A stretch of 64,000 nucleotides of DNA. It comes from Actinomycetes bacterium (GTDB lineage Bacteria > Planctomycetota > Phycisphaerae > JAACET01). A program made the position numbers and the translations under genes. The DNA lies in contig JAUXAG010000011.1 of the NCBI GenBank assembly GCA_030614915.1, positions 26,516-90,515 on the forward strand. Reading direction: 5' to 3'. How positions within the stretch are numbered: the stretch's first letter is position 1; each line of letters begins with the position of its first letter. This document shows positions 10,276 to 19,169 of this stretch, piece after piece. The notes beneath the pieces are model-generated. The model ran no database searches. It worked only from the letters and a program-made list of their open reading frames with translations, and was not told the DNA's origin.

Positions 10276-10463
10276 TTGTTTAATCCATATATCGCCCATA
10301 AGCCCCCCAAAGACAAGTGCAAAATTCGTCCCTCATCACCTCCTCGTCGCCCTCGCTTTGTGCCTTTGTGCCTCTGTGCCTCACTTATTTGTTAGCAATT
10401 GACATCTCGGCCAAAATGCCGTACCAGTAGGATATATTCGCCTCATCTTTGCCGGACCTTGTT

Positions 10464-11870
10464 ATGCTGCGTCACTTCGAACTCTTCTTGGCCTGTCGCT
10501 ACTTGAAGAAGAAACGGCTGGCCTTTTTCTCCATCGCCGCCGTCGCTTTATCCGTTGCCATGCTCATCGTGGTCTCCAGCGTAACCGGCGGCTTCGTGAA
10601 GCAGTACCGCGTTGCCTGCCACAGCTCTTATGGCGACATTATCATCAGTGCCGACAGTTTGATGGGCTTTCCTTACTACGATGAACTTGTCACTCAGGCC
10701 CGCAAGCTCGACGGTCTCCGGGAGGCTACTGCCGTCATCAAGCTCCCCGGCCTTCTACGCATTGACCAGCCCGGAAGATTCAAGCTCTTCGTCAAGGGCG
10801 TTCAAGTTCTGGGCATCGAACCCAAAAGCTATTCACAAATCACCAACTTCAAAGCCGGGCTTTGGAAGCAATCCAAACTGGATGCTCCGCCCAGCCTGGC
10901 CCTTCCCGATAAGCTTCCCGACAATCCCTATCTCAAGGGAGTCAAACTCAGGGGGGCCTGCATCGTCGGCGTGGAGGTCGTCTGCAACCGTTCCTCCGAT
11001 GCCAGCTATCACCGCAAAAAAGATTTATACAACTCGCCGGTCATTATCAGCGTCATGGCCCTCAAACGCACTGGCCTGATCGACGTCGATGCGACCGTCA
11101 GATATCCCTTCCTGCTCATCGACGACTTCGAAGCCTCTGTCCCCCTGATCACAGAACCGACTGTCTACATTCCTTTTGCCTTGGCCCAGAAAATGTCCCG
11201 GATGCTCGAATATCACGACGACGATGCCGCACGCACCAAACCAGCTCGGGCCTCCCAAGTCCAGATCCTCGCCGAGCCCGACGCAGACCTGCAGGAACTT
11301 AAAAAACGTCTGCGGGAGATCTGGGATAAAATCGCCTGGGACAACGCCTATCTCGGCGGGGCAATGGTCTTCGAAACCTGGGACGAGCAGGAGGGCATTG
11401 CCAGTTTCATTGCCCAGTTTGAGCGGGAACGCACTCTAATGACCATTCTTTTTGGCATTATGGGAGTAGTGAGTGTATTCCTTATCTTTTGTATCTTTTT
11501 CGTGATCGTCACCGAGAAGATTCCGGACATCGGCATCATCAAGAGCGTGGGCGGCTCCAGTGCGGCAGTGGGGCGCATCTTCTTCGTCTATGCCGGGGCC
11601 GTCGGAGTGGTCGGCGCCTTTCTGGGCTTGGCCATGGGTTGGCCGTTTGTGGTACACATTAATGCTATTCACGACTGGGTGGCCCAAACCTTTGACTGGA
11701 GAGTTTATGATGCCGCCGTTTTGCTCTTTCCCTACATTCCCAACGAGGTGGATTGGTATGCTACTACGATTATTATGATTGCCGCCCTCGTGGGATCTCT
11801 GATTGGTTCAATGATCCCCGCTGCTCGGGCGGCCCTGATGAAGCCGATACAGGCCTTGCGCTATGAATAA
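10464..11870 (+). CDS. ABC transporter permease, LolC/E (FtsX/MacB-like) family
   Basis: RYL..K N-terminus, LIVVSSV.GGF, EK..DIGIIKSVG, PAARAA.M.P..ALRYE C-terminus. Confidence 0.85.
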   Translation: MLRHFELFLACRYLKKKRLAFFSIAAVALSVAMLIVVSSVTGGFVKQYRVACHSSYGDIIISADSLMGFPYYDELVTQARKLDGLREATAVIKLPGLLRIDQPGRFKLFVKGVQVLGIEPKSYSQITNFKAGLWKQSKLDAPPSLALPDKLPDNPYLKGVKLRGACIVGVEVVCNRSSDASYHRKKDLYNSPVIISVMALKRTGLIDVDATVRYPFLLIDDFEASVPLITEPTVYIPFALAQKMSRMLEYHDDDAARTKPARASQVQILAEPDADLQELKKRLREIWDKIAWDNAYLGGAMVFETWDEQEGIASFIAQFERERTLMTILFGIMGVVSVFLIFCIFFVIVTEKIPDIGIIKSVGGSSAAVGRIFFVYAGAVGVVGAFLGLAMGWPFVVHINAIHDWVAQTFDWRVYDAAVLLFPYIPNEVDWYATTIIMIAALVGSLIGSMIPAARAALMKPIQALRYE

Positions 11871-12564
11871 CACGATTATCCGAGCAGAGAATCTCGTCAA
11901 GACCTACACCACCGGTCCGGAAGTCCTGCGGATCCTCCGCGGCCTGGAGCTGTCCGTCCGCCCAGGCGAATTCCTGGCCGTCACCGGTGTCAGCGGCTCG
12001 GGCAAGAGCACTCTACTGCACCTCCTGGGCCTGCTCGATGAATGCGATTCCGGCCGTATCTACTTCGACGAACAGGACGTCTCGGCGCTTTCCAGGGCCC
12101 AACGCGACCGGCTCCGCAACCGCCAGATCGGCTTCGTCTTTCAGTTTTACCATCTGCTCCCGGAGCTGACCGTGCTGGAGAACACTATGCTGCCGGCCAT
12201 GGTAACTAATTCCACCTTCTCTTGGTTAGGCAGCCGAGCTAAGTTGCGCAAACAAGCTTTGGAAATTCTAAACCAACTCTCTTTGGCTGATAGGGCTAAG
12301 CACCGACCCGCTCAGCTCTCCGGCGGAGAGCAGCAGCGGACGGCCATCGCCCGAGCCCTGATAAACAAACCACGCCTGTTGCTGGCCGACGAGCCCACCG
12401 GGAACCTCGACCTGGACACCGGGGCCCGCATTCTCGATTTGCTCGAAACACTCAATTCCCAGCACAACCAGACCATCGTGATGGTTAGCCACGACCCGGA
12501 CACCGCCAACCGGGCCCATCGATGCCTGCACCTGGAGCAAGGTCAAATTCACAACTGCTCCTGA
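11863..12564 (+). CDS. lolD: Lipoprotein-releasing ABC transporter ATPase
   Basis: GVSGSGKST, LRNRQIGFVFQFYHLLPE, LSGGEQQR, LLADEPTGNLD; overlaps the lolC/E stop codon. Confidence 0.88.
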   Translation: MNNTIIRAENLVKTYTTGPEVLRILRGLELSVRPGEFLAVTGVSGSGKSTLLHLLGLLDECDSGRIYFDEQDVSALSRAQRDRLRNRQIGFVFQFYHLLPELTVLENTMLPAMVTNSTFSWLGSRAKLRKQALEILNQLSLADRAKHRPAQLSGGEQQRTAIARALINKPRLLLADEPTGNLDLDTGARILDLLETLNSQHNQTIVMVSHDPDTANRAHRCLHLEQGQIHNCS

Positions 12565-12656
12565 ACTTACCAGATAGATAACAACTACAATATCGGACCA
12601 GGCTTTCCACGGCCCGTGCCCGCGTTTATTACCGCCAATACGGGCGCACAGGCCCT

Positions 12657-12683
12657 TAAGTACGACCCCTAACAAGCCGACAA
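12657..12683 (+). promoter_or_regulatory. Putative sigma28 (FliA/WhiG-type) promoter TAAG-N15-GCCGACAA
   Basis: Near match to TAAA-N15-GCCGATAA with exact spacing, ~80 nt upstream of the HK start. Confidence 0.5.
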
Positions 12684-12765
12684 GACTATGAGAAAAGTGT
12701 CCGATTGACCCGGAAAATCCCTCGGTCGGGCTCTGTGGCTGGCCGGGCTAAGCCGACAAAAAAGG

Positions 12766-15093
12766 ATGCCCATGACTTCCAATAAAACCAAGCCGAACGG
12801 CCAAAGTAAGCCCGGTTCGACACATCAGAAGCCCCCCGAGCTTGCCAACCGTACCTTCTGGTTACTGATTTTGACCGGATTGCTGCCTTCGCTGGTGGCT
12901 GCCCTGGTCAGCGTTCAAACTCAGCAGTCGCTGCTGACAAAGCGGGCCAGGAATCTGCAGACCTCAGCCAACCAGTTAGCCCAATCATTTAGCAGCCGTC
13001 TGCAGAATGCCGCGGCCGAACTGTACCCGCTGGCCCAGGACAAGCTCATGGCCGATCCGCGAGTCTCAACCGACCAGAAGCTCGCCCGGATGCGTCGGCT
13101 TCAAGCCTCTTCTGAGATTTTCGACGAGCTATTTCTGCTCAGCTCAAAGGGACAGGTGTTGGCCTCAACCGATCCGGCGGCGCCGCCGTCTGTGCTGCAG
13201 CGGGATTGGTTGGCGGATGCTCGGCAAGGTATAGCCAGCGTTCACGGCCCAGTTACCCTGGAACAGGGCCAGCCCCAAGGCCTGTTCTTGTCGTGGCTCG
13301 TAGAGCAAAAGCCCGATGGGGCTCCTGTGGTGCTGGTCGGCTTTGCCGCCTTGGACGCCCTGGCCGCCGACATGGAATCATTCGTGCAGGGCCAAAGCGG
13401 TGTAGCCATGCTCGCTGCCGGGGACGGGCAGATATTGGCTGGCAGCACACCTGGCCTGGTGGGCAAGCGCATCGCCGTCCCCTCGTCTGATTCTGGAAAG
13501 GCCATGGATTCCAGTTGGCGGGTCGCCCACTTGCTCAACACCGACGATGCGTACTTCACTGCCGACAGCGCCTTGGCCTATCCGGGATTACTAAGCGACG
13601 GTTCCTGGCAGGTCTTGGTCGCTCAGAGCCGCACCGAAATCTTACAGTCCACCCGTCAGTCCGCCACCTGGTCTTTGATTACCGTGGTTGTGGTTACCCC
13701 CGCGGTGCTGATCCTGGGCTTGATGTTCAGCCATTCCATGCGGAAAGGTTTGGGCACCTTGATTACCGCCACCAGGAACATAGCCCAGGGCGATCTTAGA
13801 CCTATGCCCCCGGTCAAGTCATACCATGAGATTGCCGTACTCGCTGAGACCTTCAACCAGATGACCGCCAGTTTGGCCAAGAGCCGCGATGAGGTCAAAC
13901 GCTATCAGCAACACCTGGAGAACCTCGTGGACGAGCGGACAAAGCAGCTTCAAGAAAAGAGCCAAGCCTTGGCTGTTTCCAACGATGAACTAAAGCTCCA
14001 GGCCCAGCACCTCGAGCAAGCCCGCCAGGAGGCGGTCAAGGCCCACGAGGTGCTCAAGGCCGCCCAGACCGAAATCGTGCAGATGGAAAAAATGTCCAGT
14101 TTGGGACAATTGGTCGCCGGCGTTGCCCATGAGATAAATACACCCGTCGGAGCGGTCTTTAACTGCATGGACCAGATGCATCATCGACTCAGCGATCTGC
14201 CCGGATACTTGGAGCTGATCCGCTCTATCTCCGACCAGCAGCTCCAGGACCTCCGCCAGCTGTTTACTAGAGCTCTGGAAACCCCTGCCGCTGCTGCCCT
14301 GATAGTCTCTGCCGCTGGGCGTAACGAGCTGATCGGCCAGGTCCGACAGATGGGCATAACCGAGCACACCAGAGAAGTTGCCGATCTGCTTGGCCGCTTC
14401 GGTTTGACCGACCAGCAGGACCTTGAGGCTGTGGGCCGCCTGGCCCGGAAGTACGATATCCTCGAATTCCTCCGAACCTTCGGTGACTTGTGCCAGTGCT
14501 CCAAGATTACTAAGCAAAGCGCCGAGAAAATCGCCGACATCGTCCAGGCTTTGCGATACTACTCCCACTCGGACGCTGATGCTGTAACTCCCATTGACAT
14601 CCGCGAGAGCCTCTCCAACACCCTGGTTATCATGCACAACAGGATTAAGTCCCTCGCCCAGCTCGAGTTGAAAGCACCCGATGACTTGCCCACTGTCCTG
14701 GGCAATGGTTCCCTCAGCCAGGTCTGGACCAACCTTATCAGTAATGCCCTCGGTGCCATCGAGGAGCGCGGCGAGGACTTCAGTGAGGGACGCTTGCTGA
14801 TTACTGCCGAGCACAGCGACCAGGATGAGGTGACGGTCACTGTAGGCGGCAATGGTCGGCCCATACCCCCCGAGGCACGTTCGAAGATATTCGATCCGTT
14901 TTTCACCACCAAAGGCGTTGGCCGGGGCTGCGGCCTGGGTTTGTCCGTAGTCACCGGAATCGTCAAGCAGCACCGCGGCAAAATCAGTTTCCAAACCAAT
15001 GACGATTGGACCAGTTTTACCGTAGTTATTCCTACTAAGGGAGCAGATGAACACCAGCCCGTCAAAACAGAAGTACTATGTAATATGCGTTGA
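12766..15093 (+). CDS. Membrane sensor histidine kinase (dCache-like periplasmic domain, HAMP, HisKA, HATPase)
   Basis: Two TM segments, HAMP (HEIAVLAETFNQMT), H-box AGVAHEINTP, IFDPFFTTK, GCGLGL. Confidence 0.9.
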   Translation: MPMTSNKTKPNGQSKPGSTHQKPPELANRTFWLLILTGLLPSLVAALVSVQTQQSLLTKRARNLQTSANQLAQSFSSRLQNAAAELYPLAQDKLMADPRVSTDQKLARMRRLQASSEIFDELFLLSSKGQVLASTDPAAPPSVLQRDWLADARQGIASVHGPVTLEQGQPQGLFLSWLVEQKPDGAPVVLVGFAALDALAADMESFVQGQSGVAMLAAGDGQILAGSTPGLVGKRIAVPSSDSGKAMDSSWRVAHLLNTDDAYFTADSALAYPGLLSDGSWQVLVAQSRTEILQSTRQSATWSLITVVVVTPAVLILGLMFSHSMRKGLGTLITATRNIAQGDLRPMPPVKSYHEIAVLAETFNQMTASLAKSRDEVKRYQQHLENLVDERTKQLQEKSQALAVSNDELKLQAQHLEQARQEAVKAHEVLKAAQTEIVQMEKMSSLGQLVAGVAHEINTPVGAVFNCMDQMHHRLSDLPGYLELIRSISDQQLQDLRQLFTRALETPAAAALIVSAAGRNELIGQVRQMGITEHTREVADLLGRFGLTDQQDLEAVGRLARKYDILEFLRTFGDLCQCSKITKQSAEKIADIVQALRYYSHSDADAVTPIDIRESLSNTLVIMHNRIKSLAQLELKAPDDLPTVLGNGSLSQVWTNLISNALGAIEERGEDFSEGRLLITAEHSDQDEVTVTVGGNGRPIPPEARSKIFDPFFTTKGVGRGCGLGLSVVTGIVKQHRGKISFQTNDDWTSFTVVIPTKGADEHQPVKTEVLCNMR

Positions 15094-16654
15094 CGACGAC
15101 GCCGATTTTTTGGCATCTTTGACCGATCCGCTCCGCAGGGCCCTGGATCGGCTCGGAGCCGACATCCGCTGTGATTGCGAGTTTGTCGACAGCGCTGACT
15201 CTGCCGTGGCTCTGTGCCGGCAAATCGCCGCCCAGGGCGAAGAATGTGCTCTGATCATAACCGACCAGAGGATGCCCGACACCAGTGGGCTCGAGTTGCT
15301 TGAGCAGCTCCGCGAGATTTTCCCCCATGCCGCCAGGGTCTTGCTGACCGGATACGCCGGCCTTGATTCCGCCAGGCTGGCCATCAATAAGCGACTGCTC
15401 CACCGCTACATCAGCAAACCCATCTCGGACCTTACCGAGTTTTCAACCTCCATCGTCGGATTGGTCAACGAGTTTCACCTCCAACGCCTGACCAGACGCC
15501 AGCAGCAGGACCTCCAGCAGCAGGTCGTACTCCTCCAGCAGGCCAACGACCGGGTTACCAGGCTCAAGCTGGCCGCCGAGCAGGTGGCTTATTTCACTCA
15601 GGGCCTGGGCACCCTTGACCTGCAGGAAATCCTCTACCTCACGGTCAACAACGTTCCCCGGTTATTTGGGGCTGTTCATGCCATGCTGGTGGAGGTTGAT
15701 GACCAGGGAAAGCTTCGTTTACTGCGGCGTCTGGGGCACAGCTGCTGCGATTCCTTGCCTTGCGCACAAGTTCTGCCCGAACTTCTGGTCGATTTATTTG
15801 AACCGAATCGGCCCTGCCTGATTAGGCAATTGCCTGCCGATACTGACGCCGGTCTCCACGATCAGCGGGCTTTGCAGGTTATCATCCCCATCGATACCTC
15901 CCCCTGCCGGTCGGAGTCTTCATTTACTCAAGCAGCTCCAAGTGGCAGTGAATCTGTCCGTGCCTCCGGGCTGGTGCGCCCGACCCTCTTGTGCCTTTGC
16001 TGCCCGCGGGAGGATAATCAGCCCCAGCAGACCGAAGAGATAGAATACAAGGCAGCCTTGGTCCGGGACATTATCAAAACCAACCTCACCCACGCAGCCG
16101 TTTATGCCGAAAGTCAGCGGCTCAGCCGTTACGACAGCATGACTGGCCTTCTTGTTCGTCGAGTTTTCGAGGACCGCCTCGTCCAGGCCTGTCAAGAGAG
16201 CGATCGCTACGGTCGGCCGCTGAGCATGATCATGATGGACCTCGATAACTTTAAAGAGGTTAATGATACCTACGGCCATCTCAGCGGAGATTTTGTCCTG
16301 GAGGAAGTTGGCCAGTTGATCCGCAAGAACTTGCGATCCTGTGACATCGCTGCCCGCTACGGCGGAGACGAGTTTACCGCTTTACTTCCCGGAACTTCTG
16401 CCCACGGGGCCCAGAAACTCGCCGAACGCTTCCGCCGGAAGATTACCCAGCACGTTTTTGCTTACGAGCATTTGAAAATAACAGTGAGTATTGGCATAGC
16501 CACCTATGATCCACAGATTGATCAAAGCGCCCTGAGTTTGGTCCATCGAGCCGACGAGGCCATGTACCAGGCCAAGAGTACTGGCGGAGATTCGATCAGC
16601 TGGACCCAGACCTCTCGGCCACAGTTGCAGGATCAGCATGTAGCGGGGGTATGA
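15047..16654 (+). CDS. Response-regulator diguanylate cyclase (REC-GAF-like-GGDEF)
   Basis: CVDDD, ITDQRMP, SKP; RSCD I-site followed by RYGGDEF. Confidence 0.92.
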   Translation: MNTSPSKQKYYVICVDDDADFLASLTDPLRRALDRLGADIRCDCEFVDSADSAVALCRQIAAQGEECALIITDQRMPDTSGLELLEQLREIFPHAARVLLTGYAGLDSARLAINKRLLHRYISKPISDLTEFSTSIVGLVNEFHLQRLTRRQQQDLQQQVVLLQQANDRVTRLKLAAEQVAYFTQGLGTLDLQEILYLTVNNVPRLFGAVHAMLVEVDDQGKLRLLRRLGHSCCDSLPCAQVLPELLVDLFEPNRPCLIRQLPADTDAGLHDQRALQVIIPIDTSPCRSESSFTQAAPSGSESVRASGLVRPTLLCLCCPREDNQPQQTEEIEYKAALVRDIIKTNLTHAAVYAESQRLSRYDSMTGLLVRRVFEDRLVQACQESDRYGRPLSMIMMDLDNFKEVNDTYGHLSGDFVLEEVGQLIRKNLRSCDIAARYGGDEFTALLPGTSAHGAQKLAERFRRKITQHVFAYEHLKITVSIGIATYDPQIDQSALSLVHRADEAMYQAKSTGGDSISWTQTSRPQLQDQHVAGV

Positions 16655-16658
16655 GAAT

Positions 16659-18650
16659 ATGGATTGGCCTATTCTAGTTGTCTGGCTTGACGGTCAGGCG
16701 GATTCGCAATTGCTCGAGATGCTCAGCTCCAAGGGCTGGGCCTTGGAGTCCGTCGCTTCGCTCCAAGAGACTCTGCACAGAGCCAGCCGGGCCGAGTATT
16801 TGGCCATTGTCATTCAAGTCTCTCAAGCCCCCGCCCCGGAACAACTCGAAGGGCTCTTTCGGCTCAGAAAATTGCAGCCCTTGGCCCCGGTCTTTCTCCT
16901 GGGCCGGGCCGAGATCGACACCGCCCAAATCCTGACCAAACTGGGCCTGAATAGCGCTTCTTGGCTGCAATCTACTAGCGAGCTTCACCAGATCCTCTCG
17001 GATGTGCTCAGTGCTGAGTGTGATCAAGGCTTGAGCGATACGGTTATCCTCTGTGTCGATGACGACCCCGATTTTCTGCTGTCTATGCAGCAGTGGCTTG
17101 AGCCTCGTTTGGCCGAGTGCTTCGGCGATCGTGGCCGACCACAATTAGAGTTTGCTTCCTCACCGGCCCAGGCCTTGGAGTTTGCCGCCCAGATGAGCCG
17201 CCAAGCCCCTGACTCTCCCACGCATGCCCAGAGTCCTGCTCAAGACCAGTCCGAGCAATACGGCCAGGCTCGACAGTTGGGTTTGGTTTTGACCGACCAG
17301 AAGATGCCCAAAACCAGCGGTACTGAGCTTTTGACCCAGGTCAAAGCAATGCTCCCCAAGGCCCGTCGGGCCCTGCTGACCGGACATGCCGGGCTCGATT
17401 CGGCCGTTACCGCCATCAATAAGCAACTCGTCGACAGGTATTTTACCAAGCCCATTACCGACCACGTTGATTTTGCCAACGGCATAGTCCATCTGCTCAA
17501 CGAGTACCTCCTCGGCGAACGCCAGGAATGGTACATTGCCCGCCTCCGTGCCCAGTATGAATTCGCCAGGGATTTATCCACTCAGGCCAGCCTCAGGGAT
17601 GTGCTCGATTTGACGGTCAGCTTTATCGCTGAAAATCTTCAGTGCAGCCGGGTTTCCATAATGCTCATCGAGGATAACTGCCTGGTGGTCAAGGCTTACT
17701 GCGGACTGCCCGAACAGCTGGACGTGGAGAATATCCGCATTCCCATTGGCCGGGGCGTGGCCGGAAACGTCTTCCAAAGTGCCCTGCCTAATTACCACAA
17801 TGATAGGAATCCGAACTATTGGCAGGAGGATGACTCGCCGGTCGAGTCCAGCTTTCGCGTCTTCGCTTCCGTACCCTTGATGTTGGCCCCCCTGCGCGTG
17901 CACGATATGCCTCTGGGCGTGATCAACGTTACCGAGCGGATGGATGATAAGCCCTTCACCCGTGATGAGGCCGCCCTGTTGGCCTACATTGCCGACACCG
18001 TTTCCATCGCTATTAACAATCAGCTCAGCCGGCGTGAGGTCGAGAACCTTTATTACCAGACCATCACCAGCCTGGCCCTGGCCATGGAATCGAAGGACCC
18101 CTACACTGCCGGCCACAGCCAACGAGTGCACGAATACTCCGTGGGCATTGCCCGGCAGTTGAACTTATCCGCCGAGGATGTCGAGCAGATCGGTAGAGCT
18201 GCCTTGCTCCACGATCTGGGCAAGATCGGCGTCCCTGAACAGATCGTGGACAAGCCCGGACCGATGACCGAAGGCGAGTTCCATCAGATGGCCCGCCATC
18301 CTTCCGAGGGGGCCCGGATTATTCAGGCCCTGAGCTTCTTGAAGCACTTGGCCCCCATTGTTCGCAGTCATCACGAGCGGCTGGACGGCCAGGGATATCC
18401 GGACCATGTCAAGGCCCAGGATATACCGTTGGCCGCTCGCATAATAGCCGTCGCTGATACCGTCGACGCCATGACCTCAGACCGGCCCTACCGAAAGGGC
18501 CTGCCCGTCGAAGATATGCTCGCCGAACTCCAGAAGGTCAGCGGCTCCCAACTCGACGTCCAATGCGTCCAGGCCTTTATTGCCTTCTGGAACGATCGTC
18601 AGGGCGACAAGGCCCATGCTGAGGCATTGGCCCAGGCCGTCACCGACTAA
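16659..18650 (+). CDS. Response-regulator c-di-GMP phosphodiesterase (REC-GAF-HD-GYP)
   Basis: CVDDD, LTDQKMP, GAF (PLGVINV), KDPYTAGHS, HDLGK, HHERLDGQGYP. Confidence 0.92.
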   Translation: MDWPILVVWLDGQADSQLLEMLSSKGWALESVASLQETLHRASRAEYLAIVIQVSQAPAPEQLEGLFRLRKLQPLAPVFLLGRAEIDTAQILTKLGLNSASWLQSTSELHQILSDVLSAECDQGLSDTVILCVDDDPDFLLSMQQWLEPRLAECFGDRGRPQLEFASSPAQALEFAAQMSRQAPDSPTHAQSPAQDQSEQYGQARQLGLVLTDQKMPKTSGTELLTQVKAMLPKARRALLTGHAGLDSAVTAINKQLVDRYFTKPITDHVDFANGIVHLLNEYLLGERQEWYIARLRAQYEFARDLSTQASLRDVLDLTVSFIAENLQCSRVSIMLIEDNCLVVKAYCGLPEQLDVENIRIPIGRGVAGNVFQSALPNYHNDRNPNYWQEDDSPVESSFRVFASVPLMLAPLRVHDMPLGVINVTERMDDKPFTRDEAALLAYIADTVSIAINNQLSRREVENLYYQTITSLALAMESKDPYTAGHSQRVHEYSVGIARQLNLSAEDVEQIGRAALLHDLGKIGVPEQIVDKPGPMTEGEFHQMARHPSEGARIIQALSFLKHLAPIVRSHHERLDGQGYPDHVKAQDIPLAARIIAVADTVDAMTSDRPYRKGLPVEDMLAELQKVSGSQLDVQCVQAFIAFWNDRQGDKAHAEALAQAVTD

Positions 18651-18830
18651 TCCCCGCGCACCTCTGTCATCCCTACGCACCCCTGTCATCCCCGCGCAGG
18701 CGGGGATCCATCTTTCTCTATTTTCTGCGCAATCTGCGAAATCTGCGTCTAATGGTAATCTGTATTTCTTTCTGTATTTTCCCCCTCAAGCCTCAGGCCT
18801 CAAGCCTTTCTTACGCCGGGGGTCTCTTAA
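18651..18830. repeat. Composite intergenic repeat cluster (empty gtcatcccgcgcaggcggggatcc REP; tctgcg and ctcaagc/ctcaggc STRs)
   Basis: ctgtcatcccgcgcaggcggggatccatc, tctgcgcaatctgcgaaatctgcgtctaa and cctcaagcctcaggcctcaagcct; each recurs elsewhere in the window. Confidence 0.8.
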
Positions 18831-18929
18831 CTGGAGCAGACACTTTTTGTCACCTTGCTGCGTCTCTGGGCCAAAATCGGCGTTCCCCCGAAAAAAGCCT
18901 AAAACTTTTGAAGAAAGCAAATTTCTTGC

Positions 18930-18958
18930 TTGACTAGCTAAGTCGTTTGTGCTATAAA
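18930..18958 (+). promoter_or_regulatory. Sigma70 promoter of the PEP-CTERM gene (TTGACT-N17-TATAAA, extended TG)
   Basis: -35 at 18930-18935, -10 at 18953-18958, A/T-rich UP-like region upstream. Confidence 0.7.
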
Positions 18959-19169
18959 GATTGTGGTCGCGAGGGGGCTATTTTCGTGCCCTTCTTGGTG
19001 AACCTGAAAACTTTTGGCAGGTGGAGCAGACACTTCGTGTCTTTGCTAATCGGCCTTGCCAGCGTCGTACGTTCAAACCGATCGGCGAAGGCTTCAATAA
19101 CTCTTAGGAATGGGGCGAATGCCCCCGTGTCGTTTTTGTTTGTTGTCAAGTTTAGAAAGAGAGAAAAAA

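Noticed and set aside
18960-19169. c-di-GMP-I (GEMM) riboswitch next to the c-di-GMP operon
   Set aside because: The expected GGCAAAC / GNRA-receptor / GCAAAG core is not visible; kept only as an unknown structured leader
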